A DNA stretch of 64,000 nt from Octopus sinensis (taxonomy: Eukaryota), in the NCBI RefSeq assembly GCF_006345805.1, contig NC_043008.1:37572001-37636000 (forward strand), given 5' to 3'. Shown here piece by piece: positions 40,501-53,019 of this stretch. The translations under genes were made by a program, and so were the position numbers. The notes beneath the pieces are model-generated. The model did no database searches, was not told the origin of the DNA, and was given only the letters and a program-made list of their open reading frames with translations. The stretch's first letter is position 1; the number at the start of each line of letters is the position of its first letter.

Positions 40501-43284
40501 CAAGTTTAGTGTATACATACATAATAATATTTATGTATACATCCATGTATATATTGTGTAACAGAAAGAAGATATAGCCCAATATAACCATTCTCATAAA
40601 AGCTATCTGAATTTTAGAACTGAGATAGTTACTAGATGTATCTACACAACAAATTTATTTTATTCAATAGGAAGACACCTTCTACACAGCAGTTTACAAG
40701 ATTAACTGAACAAACACTACTTTCTTTACCTCCGAACATATTTTAAAATCTCACTCTATTTTTACACTAAACTTGTTCAACGCACATGCACATAACATAG
40801 TTCCATTCTTTGATCTGCTATTATCATTATTAAATACATGGCCCTTCTGAGACTGACAAAACTGATGTTGGTTGCATGCTCTTCATATTTAGGATAATGA
40901 AATGAGATGGTGTTAATCTGTACAGAGATCATGCCGCTTTGCTTTTGAAGAGATAAGTAACACAACACCAACGAAGAATATTTTTGTGATCTTTTTTCAC
41001 AGAATACATGTGGCTGTCTTGGTTGCATAGAGATGTGACTTTGGCACATAGAACTAGGGATTAAAACTAATAAAAGCATAAGTGAGTATTACTTCATCAC
41101 AGTTGTTCTGTAGTGTATTTGAGTATTTCATTTAAATCTTGAAGTCACATTTTCGCTTAACTAAGTGTAGGAAGTAGGGTGCAAAAAATAATTCGAAGAA
41201 TGATACTTAGAAAGACTCATACTTCATTCAAAGAAATATTTATTCTTCTATCATTTTGTGTCATGAAGCTGGATCTAAGCAACCAACAAACCGTAAAATC
41301 TGCTGAGGGCTCGGAGGACATTTACAATTTTATGACATAATATGATTTGTAGATTATTTATAAAATGATTTTCAAATAAATAAGAGCCTTAGGGAGGTTT
41401 AACAAGCATTATTGTCAGAAATAGGGAACAAGTTAATAAAAAGACAGTCTTTAGCAACATGAAAGGGTAGCAAAACGAATTTATATCAGTTTTGTAAAGC
41501 AGAGTGCTTTCGTATTGATTTCTCTACGGGGAGAATGGATGTAAACATTTTTAGTGAGGTGGTTGTGTTGTTATTACCTTTTTGAGGAATATTAACAGCC
41601 CAAGTGAAGTGTAAATTCTCCAGATTCAAATCAAAGCAAGCTTGGATTTATTTGGTTTTGTGTCAACCATGATTCAACACATGTATAATCAAAATGATCA
41701 AAAGCATTCCAGTTTGGATCATCTTATTTTTTATTCAATCCATGCATTTCAAACTACAATGTTCAATGAGTTGCCCTAACCTTTTTAAGGTTGTAGTGCA
41801 TGTTTTGAAGGAAATTTTACTGCGATTTCAACCGTGTATAAAAGTTCGTTCCAATACCTGAATTGCAAGTAGCTGGAGGATTGGGTTCACAAAGAACCAT
41901 CTTCTAATGCAGTGAACTCACCAAATATTTATAACTAAATTCAAAAGGATGTTAGAAATTTAGAATTTGAAAAATTGACTGGATTGAGAAAATTAAGACG
42001 TTTCTCAAGGAATAAACCATAAGAATTTATTCCAAATATGAAAGAAAATAGATTTATTTATATGAAATGGATATTTAAGCTAAGGATAATATATATATAT
42101 ATATACACACATACACATATGTGCATCTGTGTGTGTGTGTGTGTGTGCGTGCATGTGCACATGTGTGTACATAATCTAATGTTCTATTAAGTTTGATCAA
42201 TTGGTAAATTCTAGAGAGAATAGACATGAGTGAAGTGAACTCACTTATTTAAGAAACTGTTTAGAGATAACTAAGTTGGAAAAAAAAAATTAAAAAAGAA
42301 ATTTGGGTATGAAAAGAAAAAAAGGTACATACATACATAAATACAAACATACATACATATGTACATACATACATACATTCATACATACATGCATATATAT
42401 ATACAGAGACTCATATACATATAAATACATAAATGCAAACATACATTCATACACACACACATATATATCCTTACATATATGCAAACATATGAATAAATAT
42501 ATACGCATATATTCCTACATATGATATGTATATAAATACACATGCACACTCATATGCGTATTTCTATGCACACACACACACACACACACATATATGTATA
42601 TACATACATATTTATGTACATATATGTATGTATATATATGTATGTATGCCTTCAGTCATCTCAGAGTAAAAAAAAATACAAAACGGAATAAATATTTCAT
42701 ATCATTTTCTGATAACATTATTTTTTTCCCTCTTCTTACAAGACGAATCCTAGTTCAAACAGCTTATACCTCTGAAAACTTTTATATGGTTTCTCTTGTT
42801 TAATATTTTATTTTCTGATAATTACTTCTTTCTAGTTACACTTTTACAATAGAAGATGATTATACATGAACTAGTTAGACTTCTATTCTCTGTTATTTCG
42901 TATTCCCTGAGGTTCTTAACTGCATCCTACCTATTAATTTGAAAGTTGACTAACCTTATATGCAATTAATAAACCATAGCTTTTTTTTTAACTTATAACC
43001 TTTATCCAGTCTTCTTTTTTCTTCTCTTTTTGCATGAATATATTCTTCAAGATTCTTTTCTTTAGTCTTTCGCTATTTTACTTCAACTTTCTCTAAGAAA
43101 ACTATGACCATGCTGGGACACCATCCTGAAAGGTTTTGGTGAACCATAAGTTTTTTTTAAAGTGTCTCAAAATGAAGACAGGCTTAGAAACAAGACATAG
43201 ACACACAAACATGCAATCACGTATATGCACACACATAGTCATTATTATGTGTATATGTGTGCATTTATGTGTATATATATATAT

Positions 43285-43520
43285 ATTTCTTTACTACCCA
43301 CAAGGGACTATACACAGAGGGGACAAACAAAGGACAGACAAACGGATTAAGTTGATTACGTCCACCCCAGTGTGTAACTGGTACTTAATTCATCGACCCT
43401 GAAAGGATGAAAGGCAAAGTCGACCTCGGCGGAATTTGAACTGAGAATGTAACAGCAGACGAAATACGGCTATGCATTTCGCCCGGCGTGCTAACGTTTC
43501 TGCCAGCTCACCACCTTCTT
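43285..43520 (-). mobile_element. SINE family S2, young
   Basis: CpG-intact catcgaccctgaaaggatgaaaggcaaagtcgacctcggcggaatttgaact...gctgccagctcacc. Confidence 0.92.
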
Positions 43521-43557
43521 TATATGTATATATATATATGTGTGTATGTATGTATGT

Positions 43558-43935
43558 ATCATCATCATCATCATTTAACATTTGTTGTCCATGCTGGCAT
43601 GGGTTAGCCGGTTAGACCAGGCTGGCTTGCTGGAAGTCTGATTTGGCGTGGTTTTCTATGGCTGGATGTAATAGGTGCTTTTACATGCCATCGGTACAGG
43701 TGCCATTTGCTTGACACCAGGGTGTCATTACATACCACTAGCACGTGTGGTAATTTGCGTGAGACCAGTATCTGCAAACAACTGTGATTTTGCTCAGGTT
43801 GATGGGTCTACTTTCTCAAATGCAACAATGCCAAAGGTCTTGGTCATTGCTTCCATGAGGCCCAACACTTGAAAGGAACTCAGACGCTTTGCCTCTGGGA
43901 AGCCCAATGCTTGAATGGAACTCAACCACTCTGCC
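43558..43935 (-). mobile_element. RTE LINE 3' UTR fragment
   Basis: (CAT)n-ttaacatttgttgtccatgctggcatgggtt...ggtgcttttacatgccatcgg. Confidence 0.75.
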
Positions 43936-43954
43936 TGTTTATGTACATATACAT

Positions 43955-44026
<72 letters not shown>

Positions 44027-44115
44027 GCACACACACACATACATACATACCTCACACACACACACACACAGAAATATATATCTATGTATATATATATATA
44101 CACTTACCATACATA

Positions 44116-44511
44116 TCTTTATATATAAAAGTGAAGTTATGTGGCTGTCTCCTACGATTTAGATTACTAACTACTCCCACATTTTGCAGTGCAGTTTAAC
44201 CAAAAGCGGGTATCTTATAGTCGTGATTCATATCGAGCCCTTCTGGGCATTAGCGCACGTCTACGATGAGTCTACGATTTAAAAAAAAAATTACCATCAT
44301 TTTTTCCCATTTTTAATGCATTTTTTTTTGCTATTATATAAGGGAAGTAATTCGCGTCTGCGATGAGTCCACGATTTAAAAAAAAATTACCATAATTTTT
44401 CCGCATTTTTAATGCATTTTCGCTCAGTTTATATAAGGGAAGTAACTCTCTATAAATGCTTATATAGTTATTTCCCTTACAAACCCGAGCAACGCCGGGC
44501 GATACTGCTAG
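44116..44511 (+). mobile_element. Non-autonomous Helitron family B
   Basis: A|TCTTTATATATAAAAG 5' end; CCCG-agcaacgc-CGGG hairpin then CTAG|T; internal tandem duplication of about 95 bp (about 44256-44350 vs 44354-44445). Confidence 0.9.
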
Positions 44512-44879
44512 TATATGTATATATCCAAATATACATATGTACATATACATACATGCCTACACATATACACATATGCACACATGCAAACAAATATATATAC
44601 CTTCAAAACATGGACTAGATGAAACAGGGACAACTGAGGAAGGGAAATATTATTCATGTTGCATGTCTCTTTTCTCTGTTTTTTGTTGTTCAAAAAAGTC
44701 GTTTTCTGTTTTTGCTTTTATGTTTTCGTTTCTCATCGTGTTCAATGTTTTTTGATGTCTTGTACCCATATATGCATGTATATATACATAGGTATGTAAA
44801 TATATGTATGTATATATGCATATATTTATATATTATGTATATTATTATATGATCGAATGCCACACATCCTTTTCCAACT

Positions 44880-44885
44880 ACCATG

Positions 44886-44925
<40 letters not shown>

Positions 44926-44950
44926 GGTAATAGTGGTAGTGGTGGTGGTT
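44880..44950. repeat. (CTA)n/(GGT)n microsatellite
   Basis: Directly visible. Confidence 0.95.
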
Positions 44951-45189
44951 ACAATCATACCAACCATGACAACCATCATGATAATTATAACGACAATTGT
45001 CTTAGCTATGTTATCATAAAAATCACATTGAAAATGTATCATATAACAATAATTTCAACGACGATAATATCATAAGACCAAATTCAATCAAATTATGTAA
45101 TTGTCGAATAAAAACGTCTTGTCCATTAAATAATGTCTTCTAGAAAACATAATCTATAAACTCTCTGTCCATACAGAGAAGCTTATATC

Positions 45190-45387
45190 CAATCACTTGG
45201 TTCTGGATTCAATCCCACTCCATGGCACCTTGGGCAAGTATCTTCCACTATAGCCAGTAGCTGATCAATGGCTTGTAAGTGCCAGGCTTACAAAAAGTAC
45301 TGGGGTCGATTCATTTGACTTAAGAAATTCTCCAAGGTGGTGCCCCAGTATAGCCACAGTCTAATGACTGAAGCAAGTAAAAGATAC
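45190..45387 (+). mobile_element. SINE family S1, internally deleted
   Basis: Head (aatcccact.catggcaccttgggcaagt) fused to tail (aaggtggtgccccag...aatgactgaagcaagtaaaag). Confidence 0.8.
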
Positions 45388-45979
45388 AAAAAACATGCCA
45401 ATATATAGGTGCCACATTTATGAAATTTAAATTAAGGTACCATATTCATATTTCTTCTTTCAAATATAAAAGTAAATGTAACTATACATCCTTAGCCACT
45501 CTTATTTGAGAGTCTAAAGGTTTGTGGGTTAAAAAACAAAAATATAAATACACACAATAAGAAACAATTTTGTCATGGGGGAAAGGAGGAAATATAGATA
45601 TAAGTATGTATACTATTTTAGCAAATTAAATGTTACAGAAAACGTGTACATATATATAGATACACACACATTTTCTGTAACATTTAATCTGGTCTTTCTT
45701 CCTTCACCCTAACTATCTATACTAGTCCTGATTACTAAATAAATATAAACTCTTCATCCAAATGTAAAATTTTTATTATTTAATTTTCTATCTGAAGAAT
45801 TTCTAATAGGAAATTCCTTACATGCCTGTCTATTATGTAAAGCTCTGTAATTCATATTAATGAACGAAACATGTGTAATGGTCCCAGTGTCTTGCAATGA
45901 GTTTGAAGCCCATATTGTGTAGTTGTGAATCAAAGTTTGTCACCACACAACCAAAAATTTTGAAGGAACTACGAAATAA

Positions 45980-46150
45980 GGGTTTCAAGTTTTGGCACAG
46001 GTTCAACAATTTTTGATGGGTGGGGTAGTTGATTACATCAACCATGGTACTCAATCAGTTTTTATTTTAACAACCTTGAAAGATGAAAGGCAAGGTTGAC
46101 CTTAGCAGAACTTGAATGTAGAACATAAAGATGGATGAAATGCTGCCTGA
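45980..46150 (-). mobile_element. SINE family S2, degenerate
   Basis: tttcaagttttggcacagg...gatgaaaggcaaggttgacctt.gcagaa.ttgaa. Confidence 0.75.
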
Positions 46151-46254
46151 TCAAGAACAAACATTTACATGTTTATTTTTAATATGCCTAGAGAGGTTCA
46201 GACACAAAATATGCTGGACATTGTAGTGTATTTCTGAGGAGAATATCTTCTCCC

Positions 46255-46612
46255 TGTTACAATAACTGTGTTTTCAACACAGTCATCTCTTTGGCACAAG
46301 GCATTCTGAGACACTGGTGTTCCAACATGTTGAGTCTCATCAGCCAGAACCTGCCAAAAACTGTTAAGGATAGATATACAAATATTTAGTCCTGATCTCA
46401 CTGTAGATTGTGCAAACAACGTTTTGCTTTTAGTTGGCAGATATAATCACTGATCAGCAACCAATGCTGTTTGCTGAAAACAAACAAAACCAGCTGCTTT
46501 GGCTAGTCTCAAAGTTCTAGCTACTTCTAGCTGTGGCGCATGTTGAAACGCTGGTATCCCAGAATGCTGTGCACCAAAAAGATAAGTGTGCTGAACACAC
46601 TGTCACCTAAAG
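46255..46612. mobile_element. MITE-like element with imperfect TIRs of about 70 bp
   Basis: gcattctgagacactggtgttccaacatg vs catgttgaaacgctggtatcccagaatgc match 23/29 as reverse complements; flanking caacacagtcatctctttgg/ccaaaaagataagtgtgctg also pair. Confidence 0.65.
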
Positions 46613-46764
46613 CGTTCATACATTCCAAATAATACAGTTTTACTGATTTCACATCTACATTTCAAAAACTATATTCAGCAACCAGAATTAGTCATAACCC
46701 TTAGAAGTTGGTCAAACTGTCTAAGCTGTTTGTGTTATATATATTCGGTGTTTTAAGTTTTATA

Positions 46765-47095
46765 TTTTACCTCTTTTGTCTGAAGGGTTTAGTCAAACAA
46801 ATCGACCCCAGTACTTATTTTCTAGCCTGGTGATTCTTCTATCATTCTCTTTTGCCAAACTGCTCCGTTACAGGGATGCAAACAAACCAACACAGTTAAC
46901 AAGCGAGGATGCAATAAGCACAATTATTAAAACACACATATAGGACACACTCTCCCATGAAATTTCCATTTACCAAATCTACTCATTGGTCGGACCAGAA
47001 CCACAGTAGGTGATACTTGTTGGAGGTACTATGCAGCAGGACTGAACCCCAAATTTTAGGCTGCAAAGCAAGCATCTTCACCACAGAGCCATAAT
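46765..47095 (-). mobile_element. SINE family S1, degenerate
   Basis: tttagtcaaacaaatcgaccccagtacttatt...ggactgaaccc...caccacagagccat. Confidence 0.75.
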
Positions 47096-47821
47096 TTCAC
47101 CTTTTGTCAATTTATTTTCTGATAAAAAGACCACTTTGTCTTAATTCAGTTGAATAATTATTTAATTTAGTTTTTATAACTTTACTGAAATTTATATTTC
47201 ATATCTACTTTGCATTAATCATTTCGCATCTTAATCTTTTACACAATAGTACATTACACTTAAGCTATTTAATCAGGAAATTCCTCATAGATATTACTAA
47301 AGCTAATTTGTAATAATATTTTTTGAAAAAACGTATTTTAATTTAATACCTTTATCTAGTTGACTATTTTTCAATACATCAGATTCTGCGATAATGTTAT
47401 GTCACTATAATAGCATATGTTATGTTGTTGAAATTGACAAAAACCTTTTTTTTTTTTTGCTTATGCTCTAAGTTAATGTAATGTACATACAATAATTGTA
47501 AATTCTATTTTGAACACATAACCATTTATTTTAAAATGTTATATTTACGTAAATTACAAATACCTGTAATGAAATAAAATATAAGAAATATAAATAAAAT
47601 GACATCTGTTCAATTCATGCCTTCTATATAATTATTATTCATGAAAAACTGAATAGTACATAGTACAGCTTCTTTCTAAAAGTATGTATACCCTATTTTG
47701 TTGTTCTTTTACAAACCCCCACTCTCTGTCAGGCCACTGGTTACCTCTAGTTTCAGTTGAGTGAAGTGGACGGAAAAAAGTCTCCCTCTGGATAGGATTC
47801 CAGCTTTCTGTAGAGAAATAT

Positions 47822-47965
47822 GAAAGCATGTGGCTTGCTGGTTAGGAGTGTTGGATTCATGGCTGTAAGATTGTCTTTTCGATTCCTGAACAAGGAGAGA
47901 TGTTGTGTTCTTGAGCAAAACACTTCATTTCCTTTGCTCCAATCCACTGAGCTGACAAAAATGTG
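47822..47965 (+). mobile_element. SINE family S3, 5' part
   Basis: tggcttgctggttagg...tgttgtgttcttgagcaaaacacttcattt. Confidence 0.75.
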
Positions 47966-49314
47966 TCATCCTACAATATCTGGACATCTGGACAAACTGT
48001 TATGTTATAAAGATGTAAAAAAACCAACAACGTCAGCTGGCTTCTTCAATGATTCAAACTTCTCACACACTGTATTATGCTGATTCTACCTGAGGGCTGC
48101 ATTATAAGTACTCACGTCAGTAGAAAACTCACCTGCTTATATTCCTGCCCAATGAGCAGGTAGTTCAGATGACCAAATAGTTGAATCCATATAGTCAAAG
48201 CAGAGAAAGATCCATTTTCTTTGCATACAAGTTGGGCTGGGAGAGTACAATCCTTTAAAGGAGTTATATTCTTTTAAAGCGTTGTGTAAAATAACCAGTA
48301 TGAGCAATGAAGTTGAAGATTAAGATGGAAATAGAACTTCTGTTGCAGACCCAACTTGAAATGACCTTACTACCATTCTATTATGCTTGAACAAAATTGA
48401 TCTCCATCCGATCTCAGAATCTGAACGAAGGTTAAAATTCATAAATCAAAGTTAAGGAAAATGTCTGAAGAGTATAGAAGACCTGTTGTTGTGGACTTGC
48501 TAAAGAACAAAAATCAATATGATTAAGATGGATGAGGTGAGATTGATTATTGTTGTCTAATTAGTATAAACAGTACAGCACTTCTTAGCACAACAATAGG
48601 CTAAGCTAAATTGTGAAATTGAAAGCAATTAGTTGGTTCTTTTAGCTAATTTGTTTGATTCAAAATTCCATGATGTACATTGCCAAATTTTACAGATTTA
48701 TTCTTTGATTTTATTTTCCCTCCGTTGGATGATTCATAGTCTAAATTTACTGCAGTGTATTTCCGAAAACTTTTGGTTCTGCTTAATAACATTGCCATCG
48801 TGTCTTATGCAGCATAGGCACCAACTGTGTTTTCTTGTCTTCTCCAAATAGACATATTTTTATAGATTTTTAAAGGGAGGTTTTTAAGTAAAAGGAAAAT
48901 AGAAGTTGTAACATCCATACATGTATTCTATAAAAGTGCTACTGCCATGAAATGAATGAAATATGTATGATATGAGATTTCATTGTAAGGCTGATGATAA
49001 TAGGTTAAAATGACAAACATAAATCCCAAAACTATTTTGCATGGATCTATGAACTGAGATACATATTTTGAGTTTATTAGGAATTGTATGAAAATCGAAG
49101 ATGGAAGTGTATGAAGAGGTTAAACATGATTTTGATATATTTCAGTATTAAGTTAAGGAAATTTGGCGTTGAAACAACTGATAAAAGAAGTTGGATTTCA
49201 AGGGCAGATAACTAGGCAAGTGTTCAAGTCAGTGGATCATGATAAATTGAATAATGCTTTACATAGTGTATCGAAGGAGTAAAACTATTTTTTCCCTTGC
49301 TGGATCTAAAATAG

Positions 49315-49363
49315 GCATAGGTAACCCTTTTCAAGAAGATGGCAAGACACAGCTCATTATCAG
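49315..49363 (+). other. Candidate 49-nt exon
   Basis: Pyrimidine tract ttttttcccttgct...aaatag| (alternative AG at 49319-49320, in frame) and donor CAG|gtaagc; open as (R)IGNPFQEDGKTQLII. Confidence 0.3.
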
Positions 49364-49541
49364 GTAAGCTACACTATTAAAAAAAACTGAAGGTAATTTT
49401 TCCTTTAGACATGGTAGAGTCAGTTTAACAGAGAATAATACCTTAAATAAATGCACCAAATACATTAATGTAAGAAAAGAAAAATGATCTACTACACTTC
49501 TATAAAAATGACAAAAAGCCTCATGAACTGCAGGTTGCCTA

Positions 49542-49835
49542 TCATCATCATCATCATTGTTTAACGTCTGCTTTCCATGCTAGCATGGGTTGGATGATTT
49601 GACCGAGGTCTGGTGAACCAGATGGCTGCACCGGACTCCAATCTTATCTGGTAGAGTTTCTACAGCTGGACACCCTTCCTAATGCCAACCACTCCGAGAG
49701 TGTAATGGGTGCTTTTACGTGCCACCGACACGAGGGCCAGTCAGGCGGTACTGACAACAGCTATGCTCAAATGGTGTTTTTTTATGTGCCACCTGCACAG
49801 GAACCAGTCCAGCGGCACTGGCAATGACCTCACCC
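49542..49835 (-). mobile_element. RTE LINE 3' UTR, young
   Basis: (CAT)n-gtttaacgtctgctttccatgctagcatgggttgg...gtgccaccgacacgagggccagtcaggcgg. Confidence 0.9.
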
Positions 49836-49894
49836 GATTAAAGAAAGGGGTACTGCCCACAACCATTATAGACCCTCTAAAACTGCAAGGTCAA

Positions 49895-50150
49895 TACTGT
49901 TAATATTCTTCTTATACGATTGTGAGTTGATGTTCACAAAAATGTATGAACAAAGAAATTCCAGAGAATGTCTTTAGGTGGAAGAATTGGCTATAGTGCT
50001 TAGTGTGTAGCTTGAGGGTTGGGCAGAACCAGGGTGAGGAAAGGAGAAAAGATGGTTGTGCCAGGGTGGGCCTGAGTGGAAGTGATACTAGATCAACTAG
50101 TTCTGAGGAACAAGGGCCATTAAAGTGACAGTATGGAATCATATTGTACT
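49895..50150 (-). pseudogene. CR1/Jockey-group LINE C-terminal relic
   Basis: YCHFNGPCSSELVDLV...LHTKHYSQFF.LKTFS resembles the Y..FNG.CS.EL...T..Y..SFF.RT terminal motif. Confidence 0.6.
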
Positions 50151-51071
50151 AGAATCAGATACTAGAGATGTGAATTATTCATTCACTAGTACCATTCCAT
50201 TCTGACACCCACCCAACTTCTTCAAACCAAATGGACTGTAACCAATAACCAAATAACATAATTATACTACATGAATGATTGCAACCGGAAGATGTTGATA
50301 CAACAATAGATATGTGCTGGGATAAACTTGCAAGCAATATGATCTTTATTTCAAGTGAGAACAGAGTGAAGCATTTATTACAATTTATTACAATTTATTA
50401 CATTCAAAAGTCATAGCAGCCAAGACTAGTTAATAACAGGAACTGTTTTCAAAAAACATCTGAAGCAAACATCAACTTGCAGATGAAACCAACGATGAAA
50501 ATGATAATAATTACTTGCCGTCAACATTGGCAAGACATGGTAATTTTTATTCATGGTAGAGTCAGTCTAACAGAGAATAATACCTTAAATAAATGCACCA
50601 GATACGTTAATGTAAGAAAAGAAAAATGATCTGCTACTACACTTCAGTAACAACGACAATAAATTCAAAAACTTCTCCTTAGCATTTAGATTAAACAATA
50701 TTAAGAGATATGGAACTATCCTCATCCTTCAGAAATACCAGTCTTAATAGCTAAAGTGGTTGACAATATTGCTACAGATTATTATTATTTGTAGTCACTA
50801 AGAGAACCTAATGTTTCAACACACATGCATACACACACACACACAGACACACACATACACATGCACACACACACACACCACACACACACACACACACACT
50901 CTCTCTCTCTCTCTCTCGCACACACACACACTTATATATGTAAGTATGAATACATACATACACACATGATTACTGAATACCATCTGATGACATCAGTTTG
51001 TCTTGGCCATAGCTGCATTCACTTTGCTGAGAAGTAGAGAAGCACTTTCTTCTAGGTGTTATCAATACATA

Positions 51072-51205
51072 CAAGGTGGTATCAAAAAGTTGTTGGACTA
51101 GTTCCGTAGTGTGCTAACAGATGGCAGCACATGGTTGCCTGTACAGTGAGAGCAAGCAGTGACCTTCATGAGACAGTGCACCAAGTGACATCACTGTGTT
51201 TACTT
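51072..51205 (+). mobile_element. Mariner 5' terminal fragment
   Basis: TA|CAAGGTGGTATCAAAAAGTT resembles the mariner TIR at 36910. Confidence 0.6.
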
Positions 51206-51224
51206 CACACACTTTAAAGTGGCT

Positions 51225-51378
51225 GGCATTAGGAAGGGCATCTAGCCAACTAAAACATGTCACAGCTAAAACCGAAGTCCAACACAACTCTCTGTGGCTT
51301 TGTCAGACTCAGTCAAACTATGCATGGAAAGCAGATGTTAAATGAGGATGATGATGACGACGACGACGACGACGGCGA
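51225..51378 (+). mobile_element. RTE LINE 3' UTR plus (GAT/GAC)n
   Basis: ggctggcattaggaagggcatc...gcatggaaagcagatgttaaatgaggatgatgatgacgacg. Confidence 0.75.
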
Positions 51379-51450
51379 CAACGACGACGATGATGATTGG
51401 TGATGATATATTTTTACAAGAATAATGATGACATCGTTATCTTTTGGAGG

Positions 51451-51745
51451 CTTCAAAGTTTTCTTCTGCTCAGCCTTCATCAGACTATAGCATCTTTGTG
51501 TTTGTCTTGGTTTTATATAGTCTCTGGTAACATTTCTTTTTTCTGATGAAAAGATACAAAAAAAGGCTTTTATAAATTAAAGTTGGAGTTGTGTTATTGT
51601 TCAGGATTCAGTTATCAATGTAAAACTTTGCAATCAGGTGTGTTTATTTGGGTGTGTCAGCATAGAGACTATATAAAGCCAAGACAAACCCAAATGTACC
51701 ATAGATTGATGAAGACTAAGCAAACCAAAACTTCAAAGTTACTGT
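51451..51745. mobile_element. Inverted repeat (arms about 75 bp) carrying hammerhead remnants, family 3
   Basis: 51451-51526 is the reverse complement of 51664-51738. The plus copy 51701-51745 reads ATAG-a-TTGATGA-A-GACT-aagca-AACC-AAAAC-TTCAAA-GTT-ACTGT; the minus copy keeps CTGATGA-A-GGCT. Confidence 0.6.
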
Positions 51746-51940
51746 CAATGCTATTCTTGTAAAAGAATAATATGTATTCAACAAAAATGCATTGAGAATT
51801 TCTTGACTATAATGTAAAATTGCTCTTATAATAAGTTAACATAAAAACAAACATTAACACACACAAACACACATATGTATGTATTCATACAAATATATGT
51901 ATATACACAGACACACACCTCATGCACACACAGACATACA

Positions 51941-51974
<34 letters not shown>

Positions 51975-52659
51975 TACATACATACATACATACATACATA
52001 CATACATACATACATACATACATACATACACACGTACATACACAACTACCAAAATGAATTCAGATGTCATTTAATACTTCTAATCTTTGGCTACATTTTT
52101 CACTTCTTATCTGTTTGTATGGTTAGTTGTCTTCTTTGCTTGTTTATAAGCCTTCCTTCCTTTTAAAATATGTTACCTTTTATGTAAGGCAAAACAACAC
52201 CTAACACTTTTCTGGGAAGTCTTTTAAAGCTTCTTTCTTTGAAATTTATCCATGCATCAAATGTTTGGTATAACAGTAACACAAAAGAACTATTATTATA
52301 CAACATAGATTTGTCTAGGCAAAATTTTCCGTCTTTTGTAAAGAACTGTCTATTGAGAAAACTTTCTCATTCTGTGTGAAAGAATGGTCTATCAAGATGA
52401 AAACAGCTACATGCTGTTGTTAACTATTGTGGTTGTTGTTCTTATGTCTGTTATAGCATTTATATGTATTTAGTTGAGAATTTGAAATTTCATGCTATCG
52501 TTATGCTAACTTCCTTGCAGTACAAACATTAGATGATTAATGATTGTACTAAGGAATTTTCAAACCGATAAATATGGTTTTGACTTGATTTCTGTTCAAA
52601 TATTCTCTCCTCTATAATGATGTTATTGATGACGATTATGAAACTTTTATATTGTACAG

Positions 52660-52691
52660 GAAGCCAGCAACTGTTCTTTTTACTAAACCAT
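52660..52691 (+). other. Candidate 32-nt micro-exon
   Basis: aaacttttatattgtacag|...CAT|gtgaga; open as (R)KPATVLFTKP. Confidence 0.3.
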
Positions 52692-52784
52692 GTGAGATTT
52701 CAGTGGACTCTTTTACAATATTTTACAGATAAACCAGAGTGCTAAGAGTATGGTATATTTTTACAAAGTATATATTTTTTTCGT

Positions 52785-52976
52785 TTTTGGATTTGGTTTG
52801 CAAGATTCTTTATATGAGCTTGTGTGTTGAAGCATATTCTGTTGTGTCTGACACAACGAAAATTTTAGGAAAATAAAAATAAGAAATAAGCGGAAATTTT
52901 ACCAGTGAGTGTGTTACATTATAAGACACAAAAAAAGAAAAATGAAAATGACTCTCCCCAGACACAACAGTATATT
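52785..52976. mobile_element. Repeat with an internal inversion junction (Penelope-like by inference)
   Basis: atattctgttgtgtctg (52834-52850) vs cagacacaacagtatat (52959-52975) match 16/17 inverted; the junction itself is the hairpin GTTGTGTC-T-GACACAAC. Confidence 0.55.
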
Positions 52977-53019
52977 TTTTTCATAAGTCTTAATATTAAT
53001 ACTCAGAAAAGGCAGTGAG

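Noticed and set aside
40777-41079. 100-aa minus-strand ORF
   Set aside because: No recognisable motif; within the length expected by chance.
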